A program made the translations under genes and the position numbers. From positions 1 to 64,000 of the IMG/VR virus record IMGVR_UViG_3300023313_000003: a stretch of 64,000 nt of DNA; one strand, given 5' to 3'. This DNA comes from a virus. Below are positions 9,293 to 18,934 of this stretch, piece by piece. The notes beneath the pieces were generated by a model, which searched no databases, was not told the DNA's origin, and saw only the letters and a program-made list of their open reading frames with translations. How positions within the stretch are numbered: the stretch's first letter is position 1; each line of letters opens with the position of its first letter.

Positions 9293-12200
9293 TAGATTCC
9301 TCCATTATATATTATTCTTAATTGCTCTTCTATTGTTCTTAAATGAGTTACTGCAACTTGTGGTCTGCTTAACCAAAAACTCAATTTACCTTTTACCCAA
9401 ATAACTTTATCTTTATTCAGTAATTTTTTATATTTTATACATTCATTTTCCCAAAGTTTCAAGTTTATTTCATGTTTATTGTTTTCAATAATTAGATTAC
9501 AATACTCAGTATTTTTTTTAGTTTTCAGGAAGGTAGCACTCTTTATCTTACCTCCAACAACTACAACTTGGCCATCCATTCCATTTATAAGTTCATCTAA
9601 TTTAACTAAGTATTCTGAATCAAAAGCTTTACTATATATATTATAATAATTAACCCTTATGAAATCTAAAGACTCTTGTTCAAGATTAATTCTATTCTCT
9701 TTATTTATATGACAAAGTTTGTCAGGAATTTCTTTATCTTTTCTTAACCTCAAAAAGTATTCATCAATTAATTCTTCTTTACTTAAGCCAAAAGAATTAA
9801 AAGCACCCGAAAAAATTAATCTTACAAATATAGTTTTGTTTATAATCCTCTTGTTTACTCTCTTGAAGAAATCCTCTAGTGAAGTAAATGGCCTATTATT
9901 ATAGATTTCATCATTAGCTTTAATTCCTACACCTTTAACTACTGAAAATGGCATTTGAATAATATTGTCTTCGGTTATGTAAAATTCATCTGTAGATTTA
10001 TTAATATCAGGCAATCTAACTAAATCAAAAGCAGCATCATAATAAGATGAAAACTTCTCATTCTTATCTATAGAGTGAGTTAAGCAACTAAACCACCATT
10101 CCATAGGGTAATAAGTTTTAAGATATTGGCAGATATACCCAATGTAAGCATAACAAATTGAATGGCTATTGTGGCTTATAATATTATTAGCAACAAATAA
10201 ATTTGGTGAATCCTCCATTTCTACATCATAAGTATCTTCTAATCCTACTTTTGTAATTGATAAGATCTGCTCGTAACCTATAAGCAAACCTTTACTGTAT
10301 TTAACCACCCTTTTCCCAATCTTATAGTCTTCCTTTTTATGACAAGAATTACATAATTTACTAATATTATTAATATTATTATTAATAGGATTTCCATCTT
10401 TATGATGATGTTCTGGTTTTATTATTTTTGTGAAGTATATTCCACAATTACTACATGACAATTGACATGCTAATTCTTCTTTTCTTTTATTATATTCTAT
10501 ATATCTTCCATCTATATATCCGTGATTTAACTTTCCAGATTGAAATCCTTTGCTACCTTTTGTATTAGTATAATTAATATTTTTATGAATATATCCTCTA
10601 TTTTCAGACTCAGTTCTTGGTTTTGTTTGCTTTTCAGTTCCTAAATTTACTGCTATTTTAATGTCCATTCTATTTATCAACTGTCCAATTTCAATATCAC
10701 CATGATTAGTATGTAACCTATGATCAATACTACCTTTAATAGACTTCCCACTTACTGTTACAACTTTAAATAGCTCCTTTTTACCTGTGTAGGTTATGTT
10801 TTTAATAGGTCTAGGCCTAATTTTATTATCATTGTTTGGTGCTAATATACTACCATAGCCATATCTTCTTAATTTTTTAGCATAATGTACTTTTCCTGTT
10901 TTTTTTACATATTCATTATCGTTAACTAATTTATATAGATGTTGAATTTCAAAAGATTGTGGAGAACCATTACCTGATGAACATCCTCTAGTGACTAAGG
11001 TGTCTCCGCTTAAGCATTTATTAAACCCATAACCAGCAAAAGTTTCCATTAGATGCCAAATCTCTTCAGCTTTATCTTTATTAATATCAGTATACTCTTT
11101 TTGAGCATTTTGTATGAATCTTTCCTTGTATGGTTTCAGTATTGACTTCTTCTTCTTACCCATGGCTTTTCTAATATCATCTGCTTCAGCTAATGAGAAT
11201 CCTCCAAGTATTTGAGAAGCCTTCATTACTGATTCTTGATATATCATAATCCCATAGGTATCTTTTAGAGATTTATTTAAAGAATTATGAGGAGAAACAC
11301 ATTCTAAATCACCATTTTTTCTATTAATAAACTCGACATGTTGTTGATTCTGCATTGGGCCTGGCCTCCCAACTGAAGTAACTAAAGACAAATCATCAAG
11401 AGATTCTATCTTTATTTTAGTTAGTATATTCCTAGCAATATCTGAATTAAACTGGAAAACTGATTCAGTATCTCCTAATGCAAACTTATTAAAAACATCT
11501 TGATCATTTATTGGGATATTATAAATATCAATATTTATATTATGTCTCTCCTTAATCATAGATACTGCTGTTGCTATATATTTAAGAGTAGTTAATGATA
11601 GAATATCATACTTAATTACCCCTACACTCTCAGAATTACTTAAATTAAAATCTAAACATTTTTCATTTTTTATAGTTCTGATTGGGATTAAAGTATTGAT
11701 CGGGTCTTGAGTAATCGCAAGCCCACAAGGATGCCTACCAACCTGTCTATTGAATCCAATTAATCTTGATACGCACTCCCCTATTTTTGGATATGTATCA
11801 AACAAAACCTTTTTAATACCATCATCTTCTTTTAATGCTCTCTCATAAAATTCTGGTTCGCTCTCTAACTCTTCCTTTTTAGGGAATGAAGTTGTTATTT
11901 TATTTACTATTGTGAAGCTAGTATCTGGATAGTATAATTTAAAAGAATCCTTAATAGCAGTTTTTGTTCTCATAGTTTGCATTGTACCAATTGGGACAAC
12001 TCTATCTGCACCATATTTTTTTACTAAGTAGGCTTTGGCCCATTTTTGATCTGAAAAATCTAAATCAATATCTGGATAAGTTCCTTTGATAATTCGAGCT
12101 TGTGATATAAAACGCTCAAATAATAAACCATTAGAAATAGGATCTAAATGAGTAATCATTAAGCAATAATTTAATAATGAACCAGCTCCAGAACCACGGC

Positions 12201-13335
12201 CTGGCCCTACTGTAACTCCATTTTCTCGGCAAGCTCTACATAGATCTTCGATAACTAAAAAATAATCAATTAAATCAATTTTTCCATTATCAGTAATTGT
12301 ACTTAATTCATATTTTAACCTTTCATAATACTCAGGATCATTCTTCATTCTGCCATAACCAGTAATTATAGCACTAACTAAAGCCTTTTTATTCATTCCA
12401 TCTTTATGAAGAGGGTGGGTTATAATTGGGTAATTTACAACTTGGTCTTTAAAAGAAAGATCAATATCTTTACATTTATCAATTACTTCTCTTGTATTAT
12501 TCATAGCTTCTTTTACTACTCTCTTAGATAAACCAAACAAAGTAGAAGTAGCTATTAACTCTTGAGTTGAACAGATATGTCTATTCTCTCTAACATAAAA
12601 TCCTCTTTTACCTTCAATGCTATTCCTAACACAAACATCTTGAAGAATCTTATCTGCTTCTTTTGGAATCATTGAATCTGATGTTATAACAATTTTTATA
12701 TTATTTTGCTTAGAAAAAGAAATTATATCATTATTACTATCAATTAATGGATTTTTTTCATACTTCTTACAATAATCCTGAATACCATAATCAAACTGAA
12801 AACTTTGATTAGAGATGGTTAATTCTAAGTATAGATCGTCTTTAAATATTAAATGTAATGTTAAAACTCTACTTACTGCTTTTGAGTAAGCTTCATTTCT
12901 AGGATAACTTAAGTAATCCTTTCCCCATACCCCATCAATCCCTCCAGTTAAACAGAGTAAGCCTTCAGAAAAATCCTGTATGTCAGCTATACTGCAAGTT
13001 GGTTCTTTAAATTTATGTAAATTCTCATAAGAAAAGGAAATTATCTTGCATAAATTCCTATAACCAACTTGATTTTTTGCCATTAAAACTATCTTATAAT
13101 TATCACAACCATCGATATAATAATTTAACTCACACCCTATAGAAATAGGAAAATTATACTTCTTACCTACATTATAAGCATCAATTCCTCCACCTAATGA
13201 ACAATAATCAGTAAAAGATAACCCATATAATCCTGATTCTTTAGCATGTTTGATTCCATCTTCAACTGATCCTATAGCTTGTCCACATGAATAATGAGTT
13301 TTATGATGCAAATTTGCGTACTCTAATTCTTTCAT
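9292..13335 (-). CDS. dnaE: DNA polymerase III alpha subunit (family C), containing an intein
   Basis: PHP domain (NLHHKTHYS, FTDY), GPGRGSGAGSL, PDIDLDF, HPCG, KYDILSL, RPGP, YQE, GYGFNK|SH, C-terminal OB fold; likely start MKELEY at 13335 with AGGAGA RBS. Confidence 0.97.
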   Translation of the reverse strand: MKELEYANLHHKTHYSCGQAIGSVEDGIKHAKESGLYGLSFTDYCSLGGGIDAYNVGKKYNFPISIGCELNYYIDGCDNYKIVLMAKNQVGYRNLCKIISFSYENLHKFKEPTCSIADIQDFSEGLLCLTGGIDGVWGKDYLSYPRNEAYSKAVSRVLTLHLIFKDDLYLELTISNQSFQFDYGIQDYCKKYEKNPLIDSNNDIISFSKQNNIKIVITSDSMIPKEADKILQDVCVRNSIEGKRGFYVRENRHICSTQELIATSTLFGLSKRVVKEAMNNTREVIDKCKDIDLSFKDQVVNYPIITHPLHKDGMNKKALVSAIITGYGRMKNDPEYYERLKYELSTITDNGKIDLIDYFLVIEDLCRACRENGVTVGPGRGSGAGSLLNYCLMITHLDPISNGLLFERFISQARIIKGTYPDIDLDFSDQKWAKAYLVKKYGADRVVPIGTMQTMRTKTAIKDSFKLYYPDTSFTIVNKITTSFPKKEELESEPEFYERALKEDDGIKKVLFDTYPKIGECVSRLIGFNRQVGRHPCGLAITQDPINTLIPIRTIKNEKCLDFNLSNSESVGVIKYDILSLTTLKYIATAVSMIKERHNINIDIYNIPINDQDVFNKFALGDTESVFQFNSDIARNILTKIKIESLDDLSLVTSVGRPGPMQNQQHVEFINRKNGDLECVSPHNSLNKSLKDTYGIMIYQESVMKASQILGGFSLAEADDIRKAMGKKKKSILKPYKERFIQNAQKEYTDINKDKAEEIWHLMETFAGYGFNKCLSGDTLVTRGCSSGNGSPQSFEIQHLYKLVNDNEYVKKTGKVHYAKKLRRYGYGSILAPNNDNKIRPRPIKNITYTGKKELFKVVTVSGKSIKGSIDHRLHTNHGDIEIGQLINRMDIKIAVNLGTEKQTKPRTESENRGYIHKNINYTNTKGSKGFQSGKLNHGYIDGRYIEYNKRKEELACQLSCSNCGIYFTKIIKPEHHHKDGNPINNNINNISKLCNSCHKKEDYKIGKRVVKYSKGLLIGYEQILSITKVGLEDTYDVEMEDSPNLFVANNIISHNSHSICYAYIGYICQYLKTYYPMEWWFSCLTHSIDKNEKFSSYYDAAFDLVRLPDINKSTDEFYITEDNIIQMPFSVVKGVGIKANDEIYNNRPFTSLEDFFKRVNKRIINKTIFVRLIFSGAFNSFGLSKEELIDEYFLRLRKDKEIPDKLCHINKENRINLEQESLDFIRVNYYNIYSKAFDSEYLVKLDELINGMDGQVVVVGGKIKSATFLKTKKNTEYCNLIIENNKHEINLKLWENECIKYKKLLNKDKVIWVKGKLSFWLSRPQVAVTHLRTIEEQLRIIYNGGI
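10168..11016 (-). mobile_element. 283-aa intein with internal HNH endonuclease in DnaE
   Basis: Starts CLSGDT after GYGFNK; block-B-like GSIDHRL; ends TYDVEM..NLFVANNIISHN followed by Ser+1 (SHS); internal CxxC..HHKDGNPINN..LCxxCH. Confidence 0.95.
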
Positions 13336-13400
13336 TCTATCTCCTGTTTTTGGTAAAAATAGATTAGAATTAATTATTGAATAAAGCAAGGATTTAGAAT

Positions 13401-13427
13401 AAAAAAAGCCCTCAATTAAGAGGGCTT
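13401..13427 (-). terminator. Rho-independent terminator after the histone-like gene
   Basis: Stem AAGCCCTC/GAGGGCTT, 6-nt loop, U-tract on the minus strand. Confidence 0.85.
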
Positions 13428-13484
13428 CTTACCAAAAAACAAAAGCAAACAAATCCAAGAAAGGATAAGCATCTAAGTTTTATA

Positions 13485-13895
13485 CTATTTTTTTGATTTA
13501 GTCACTACTTTTTTTGTAGTTTTTACTGCTTTTTTAGTAGTTTTTACTGCTTTTTTAGCTTTAATAGAGGTTACTGACTTCTTAGCAATCTTAGTTTTAG
13601 ATTTAGCTTTAACAGATAATCTTGCAGTTGGCTTCTTAGCTTTAACTGGTCTTCCAATAATAGAAGTATATCCAGAAATTAATCCTTTACGGTTAAGCTG
13701 GCCAAGATACCATTTTACATTTCTTTCATAAAAGGAATCATTTTTTTCATTTTTACTTTTAACAATTAAAGAACCTTTTTTTTCTGCTGCTTTAATTTTT
13801 GTGATAATTCTTTTAATACTAGTGACTCCACTATTGTAAAGTTCAGCAATAAGATCATATCTTGTTGTTTTTTTTACTACTTTTTTAGTTGCCAT
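13485..13895 (-). CDS. basic histone H1-like DNA-binding protein
   Basis: Lys/Ala/Thr/Val-rich C-terminus with KKAVKTT repeats; likely start MATKK at 13895 with AGGGAG RBS. Confidence 0.7.
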   Translation of the reverse strand: MATKKVVKKTTRYDLIAELYNSGVTSIKRIITKIKAAEKKGSLIVKSKNEKNDSFYERNVKWYLGQLNRKGLISGYTSIIGRPVKAKKPTARLSVKAKSKTKIAKKSVTSIKAKKAVKTTKKAVKTTKKVVTKSKK

Positions 13896-13966
13896 GTTAA
13901 TTCTCCCTGTTAGCAATGTTAGTATTTCTTTTAATAATTTTTAAACTATATCCTATAATAAGTAAA

Positions 13967-15064
13967 CTATATAATAATTCTTTTATTATTGGCCCATTCA
14001 AATAATGACATTGATTCTTTAATGTTGCAAACATTATCTTTTATTGAATACTGGCCAGGGTCTGTGCCTTGTTTAGTACATACTATTTTAATATCATCAA
14101 TAATAATTTCTAACTGCCTAAATATTTCAATAGTTGAAAGATCTCCTGATATATCTCCATCCATATATATAATTACACTTTTAGCTTTTTTTTGTAATAT
14201 TTTAACTTGCCCATCATTTAGAAATTTACCAAGTAAAGCTATCGAGTTAGGAGTTTTTAAACAATCAAAAGGGCCTTCAACTATAACAACAGGCTTATTC
14301 CAATTAATATTATCTTGATTAAAGAATATTGTTTTCTTTAAGTTCTTAGAGTTTAAAGTTTTAGGATAATGAGATTCAATTAAAGGATTATTGCAAACAG
14401 GACAATTTTCTGGAGCATTGTCTTCACCTGTATAATAATATTTATTATAAAGTTCACAACCATAATGCTCACATCTAAAATGTTTCTTAGTCCATCGACT
14501 TGTTATATCTCTACCTTGGTAGCCAATCATAACTCCATTTTCTGTAAAAGGAGAAATTACTCTTTTAGATAAAGTAGAATACATTAGTCCAAATTTTTTT
14601 ATAATATTAAAATTGTTAATTCCTCGACCTAATAAATAATCATAAGCTTCAGGAATCCTATTATAATCTTCCTTAGTACATTCTATTTTTTTAAAGTGCA
14701 TCGGGATTTTAACACTTTCTACGGGATTTAGTTCATTTACTTCATTTTTTTTGTCTTCTTCCCCAATTTTTGTAAAAATATAATCATCACAATACTTAGC
14801 AACTCCTTCTCCTCTAAACATATCTCTCATTTCAAAAGTATTATAACCAAGCAACTTAAATAATGAATAAAGATTTCCTTTACCTTCGTCTGGAGATTTA
14901 CCATTACACTTAAAACATATCCATCGATTCACTTCTTTACTAATATAAAGCTTTCTACTGGCATTACACTCAGGGCAATCAATAATAAAATGAGTATCAT
15001 TTTGGTGGTAGTTGCATCCAGTATCTTCAAGAATATCTTCAATATCTACATCTTCTATGTTCAC
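13967..15064 (-). CDS. dnaG: DNA primase (zinc-binding domain plus TOPRIM)
   Basis: CPEC..CFKC zinc domain, GYQGR, VEGPFD, YMDGD, DPG; follows the helicase. Confidence 0.92.
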   Translation of the reverse strand: MNIEDVDIEDILEDTGCNYHQNDTHFIIDCPECNASRKLYISKEVNRWICFKCNGKSPDEGKGNLYSLFKLLGYNTFEMRDMFRGEGVAKYCDDYIFTKIGEEDKKNEVNELNPVESVKIPMHFKKIECTKEDYNRIPEAYDYLLGRGINNFNIIKKFGLMYSTLSKRVISPFTENGVMIGYQGRDITSRWTKKHFRCEHYGCELYNKYYYTGEDNAPENCPVCNNPLIESHYPKTLNSKNLKKTIFFNQDNINWNKPVVIVEGPFDCLKTPNSIALLGKFLNDGQVKILQKKAKSVIIYMDGDISGDLSTIEIFRQLEIIIDDIKIVCTKQGTDPGQYSIKDNVCNIKESMSLFEWANNKRIII

Positions 15065-16440
15065 TATTTACTCTGAGTAATGGCATGAGAGTTATCATGA
15101 GAAGGTGATTGATCCTGACCATATTCATCTGAGGAGATAAAGCCAAGACCTTCTTCTTCAGAACCATACATTGCGGCATAGCTCATATCTGTCTTACATA
15201 TTTGAACAATACCTTTTGCTCCATCCCTCTGCTTCTCTAAGAGTATTCTAATAGTCTCACTAGCAATATCCTTATCAGAACGATTTAGAGTTAAAACTGT
15301 AGCCGCGGCCCTAGTCATATCAAAACACTCAGCAACATCAACTAGTCTTAATAAATTACCTTGGTTATTTTTATTTTGAGCATCCCTATTCCCTTGAGCA
15401 ACTGTAATTACTGCGCAATCATGCATACTCGCAATTGAAGCCAAGCCTCGATGAACATACGACATTTGCTCCCTCATAGTATTAAACTTCTGAGAGGTCT
15501 TTAGTATTTGACCATAATCAACCATAACAACATCAAAAGGAAATTCTTCTTTAACATCTTCACATAAGGCTATAAATTTTTCTAAAGTATAACTCCAATC
15601 CCCCATGTGATAAATTCTTATATCGTCTTTGTATTCTGATATAAATTTGTTCTTTTTCTCTATTTCTTTCTCATTTAGATTATTAAACCTTACTCTTCCA
15701 TAAGGAACTTTAATTGCTCTTGAAGCAATTCTTAATAAAGGCTGAGTATCTTGGCCTTCAAGATTTAGATATAAAACTTTGAATCCATCTTGTAAGAATT
15801 TCCATGAAGAGTTCAGTAAAAATAATGACTTACCAACATTTGTCCCACCAAGTACAACAGTTAAAGTTCCTCTAGGGATTCCCCCACCCATTGCTCGATC
15901 TATATCTGGAAGTCCTAACGCTAAAAGCTTATCTTCGTTCTCTGCTGACTCTTCCATAACTTTAGTTAAATCTTTTAATGAGAAGTATTTTTGATTATCA
16001 AAATCGATACCTTTCATTGCATCAACATCTTTCTCTATATTCTCTAAAATCTTATCAGGGTCTTTAAATTGGCCATTAACTAATTTTTGGTTGATTTTGA
16101 AAGCGATTGCCTTCTTTACAAATTTAGCTACATTTTCCTTTATGTATTTAAAATTACGCTTTATTTGTGGCTTCTGAACCTTTTTTAATAACGCTTTATA
16201 ATCCTCAATTTTATCTTCATCAAACTTAAATAACTCATTTTCCATCATAGAATAAGTTACATAATCATATTCTGCATATAATCCTTTAACTAAATCAAAA
16301 AGTAATCCTATTGTTTTATTTGAAAAATAAGATTTCTTCAATAAATCTAAGGACTTCTTAGCAAAAGTAGGATCTTCTACTAATATTTGAATAACCCCTA
16401 ACTGAAAATTTGCATCGTAATTAAATTGAATTTCACTCAT
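15064..16440 (-). CDS. dnaB: DnaB-like replicative helicase
   Basis: Walker A GGTNVGKS, YLNLE, VDY, AQGNR, KQRDG. Confidence 0.93.
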   Translation of the reverse strand: MSEIQFNYDANFQLGVIQILVEDPTFAKKSLDLLKKSYFSNKTIGLLFDLVKGLYAEYDYVTYSMMENELFKFDEDKIEDYKALLKKVQKPQIKRNFKYIKENVAKFVKKAIAFKINQKLVNGQFKDPDKILENIEKDVDAMKGIDFDNQKYFSLKDLTKVMEESAENEDKLLALGLPDIDRAMGGGIPRGTLTVVLGGTNVGKSLFLLNSSWKFLQDGFKVLYLNLEGQDTQPLLRIASRAIKVPYGRVRFNNLNEKEIEKKNKFISEYKDDIRIYHMGDWSYTLEKFIALCEDVKEEFPFDVVMVDYGQILKTSQKFNTMREQMSYVHRGLASIASMHDCAVITVAQGNRDAQNKNNQGNLLRLVDVAECFDMTRAAATVLTLNRSDKDIASETIRILLEKQRDGAKGIVQICKTDMSYAAMYGSEEEGLGFISSDEYGQDQSPSHDNSHAITQSK

Positions 16441-17045
16441 ACTTATCCTCTTGATATTGTCTGCTTTATTTTGGTTTTAATAACGTAATATATATTGAAG
16501 AGATATTCAATAATTATTTTAACTTAAATTTTGAACAGTTAACTTACTAAGTTTACTATAATATTGAAGAATTTTCAATTTTTCTTTGTTGAAGATATTT
16601 TCACCTTATTATTTCCATGCTACCCTATCAAAACAATTCAAAAGAATACTTAAATAAATTTTTAAATATATAATCACCTCGATTCGGTTGTTCCAACCTC
16701 TCGGCGATTAAATGATGGCTTCGCCATTTAGTCAAATAATCTTCAAACATCCTTGAAGATATTTTAAAGTTAACTACTTCTCTAAATTTAAAGCGCAGGA
16801 GTGACCGACACCATCGGTGTCAACGACAAGCATAAAATTTTTCTATACATAAATACTTATCGCAAGGATATTGGTCTATCTTCGTTGAAGATATTTATCC
16901 CATTAACATTAAAGATTCACTTAATGAGATGTAATAGATATGTTTAATTGGTCACTTACGGCTATCGCCACCTTGGGGTGGCGGCCTAGTTCCGTAATGT
17001 GGAAATATATCTTGTTATTTAATTATTAATTAACTAGAATTAAAT
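16441..17045. other. structured divergent intergenic region, candidate replication origin
   Basis: TTGAAGATATTT at 16589, 16753 and 16885 plus palindromic variants; four GC-rich hairpins; lies between two helicase genes. Confidence 0.55.
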
Positions 17046-18476
17046 ATGATTAAAATTGAAATAGGCAATTCCATATCAAGCGTTAGCTTTATCCCAAGAC
17101 AAATTTTTTCTCTTGTTCATAAAGAATTATCTTTTTACGATATGGGTATTTATTTTAGAACAGGAAGATGGGATAGAGCAGTTTCTCCTTTAATGGTTGA
17201 TAATAAATTCCCAACTGGTTTAGTAAGAAGACTTTGTTTCATTTTAAATAATAATAAATTTCAATTTAAAATAATAGATAATAGGATTCGTCCTAAAATA
17301 AATCACCTTGCTTTACTTCAAGGAGCTTATGAACCTACTGCTTATATTCATCAGAATGAAGCTGTCCAAGCGTTTTTAAACTCTCCCTCTGGTAGAGGAA
17401 TTGTTGTTCTTCCAACTGGAATGGGAAAAACTAGAGTCATGAAAGACACCATCCAACAATTAGGAGTTCACACCCTAATCATAGTGCCTAGTCTTAATAT
17501 TAAAAGACAAACACTAATCTATTTAAGTGAGTGCTTTGGAGAGAGTAAGGTCGGTTTATTTAAACGTAATACTTCAAATAAACCTATAAGTATAGCTAAT
17601 TTAGATTCCTTAACTCGTGCGACTAAAGATGATGTTGATCAATTTGACTGTGTGTTTTTTGATGAATGGCATCATGAGGCTTGTCAAACTGCTCACGATA
17701 TAAATGAAAATATTATTAGTGATATATATTATAAGTTTGCCTTAACTGCTACTAATTTTAGAAATAGCAAGAATGAACAAATTCTATTAGATTGTATTAT
17801 GGCCAACGAACTTTATAGCATGTCTCCTGTTGAAGCAATGAAGTTTGGATATATATCAAAGATTAAATATTACAGACAAAATATTCAAGATATTAAACCA
17901 TTAATTGATCTCGATAATTATGGCCCATTCGGATTACCTGAAAATGAATTAGAAGAACTATGGGAAAAGAAAAAGGATTCATATAAATACCATGAATTAT
18001 ATAAATTATATATATCTGAGAATGAAGAAAGAAATAGCAAAGTAATCAAACAAGCAAATAGATTAACAGACAAAGGATTATCTACCTTAACCTTAGTTAA
18101 AGAAATTGCTCATGGGCAATTACTCCAATCTCAAATTAAAGATTGTGTATTTGTTAATGGCCAGGAGGAATCTACATTCAACTACGATGCAATTCAAGCC
18201 TTCAATAGAGGTGAGATTAAAAATTTAGTTGGAACATCTGTTATAGGTGAAGGTGTAGATACTAAAGGTGCCGATTGTGTAATCTTAGCTAATGGGGAGA
18301 AAGCTAAAACTAAGATTATGCAAAATATTGGAAGAGTTGTTAGGTTAAAGAAGGGTAAAGAATTTGGATTAGTATTTGATTATGAAGATACAGGTCAAAA
18401 AATTATAAAGAAACATTCAAATACTCGTAAAAGAATAGTTAAAAAGTGCTTTAATGAGAAAGCGATTGAGACTTAA
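17046..18476 (+). CDS. superfamily 2 DNA helicase (UvsW-like)
   Basis: PTGMGKT, IIVPS, DEWH, LTAT, GEGVD, QNIGRVVR. Confidence 0.92.
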   Translation: MIKIEIGNSISSVSFIPRQIFSLVHKELSFYDMGIYFRTGRWDRAVSPLMVDNKFPTGLVRRLCFILNNNKFQFKIIDNRIRPKINHLALLQGAYEPTAYIHQNEAVQAFLNSPSGRGIVVLPTGMGKTRVMKDTIQQLGVHTLIIVPSLNIKRQTLIYLSECFGESKVGLFKRNTSNKPISIANLDSLTRATKDDVDQFDCVFFDEWHHEACQTAHDINENIISDIYYKFALTATNFRNSKNEQILLDCIMANELYSMSPVEAMKFGYISKIKYYRQNIQDIKPLIDLDNYGPFGLPENELEELWEKKKDSYKYHELYKLYISENEERNSKVIKQANRLTDKGLSTLTLVKEIAHGQLLQSQIKDCVFVNGQEESTFNYDAIQAFNRGEIKNLVGTSVIGEGVDTKGADCVILANGEKAKTKIMQNIGRVVRLKKGKEFGLVFDYEDTGQKIIKKHSNTRKRIVKKCFNEKAIET

Positions 18477-18657
18477 TAGCATCTAGCAAGGTTTTATTTA
18501 ACTCTAAAGTTACCCCTATAAATTCTACTAAAGGATCTGATTCTCCTCTAAGAGAGATTGCAGTTTGTTGAGATTTTGCTAATTCATTACATCTTTCAAG
18601 AACCATATCTATACTTGTGAAATCCATTGATTTTTCATTATTCATTTTCTTCTCCAT
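18451..18657 (-). CDS. hypothetical protein, last gene of the structural operon
   Basis: Short ORF overlapping the upstream gene; converges with the helicase. Confidence 0.55.
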   Translation of the reverse strand: MEKKMNNEKSMDFTSIDMVLERCNELAKSQQTAISLRGESDPLVEFIGVTLELNKTLLDAIKSQSLSH

Positions 18658-18934
18658 TTATTATTAATTGTAATTCTTCTGATAATATATCTTTGTCTTC
18701 TTTAGGAATCGATTCATAAGTATCAGAATCAACTTGAACAAACTCTTCTACTTCTTCAGGCTTATAAACTTCTAATACAACTTTCGTTTTCAATCTATTA
18801 ACAACAAGTCCTTCTGAAGAAACAATTCCAACAACTTCTTCAGGATTAAGAGAAGCTTCTTCTATCGCTTGATCTTCTGATATTGCATATTTAAAATATG
18901 GTTCATTTTTATATAAAATTAAGTGAGTAAACAT
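18638..18934 (-). CDS. hypothetical acidic protein (possible fibre assembly factor)
   Basis: Coupled (TAATG) to the upstream tail-collar gene. Confidence 0.6.
   Translation of the reverse strand: MFTHLILYKNEPYFKYAISEDQAIEEASLNPEEVVGIVSSEGLVVNRLKTKVVLEVYKPEEVEEFVQVDSDTYESIPKEDKDILSEELQLIINGEENE

Noticed and set aside
16671-17000. tRNA or known riboswitch in the structured intergenic region
   Set aside because: No cloverleaf, T-loop GTTCRA context or recognisable aptamer consensus
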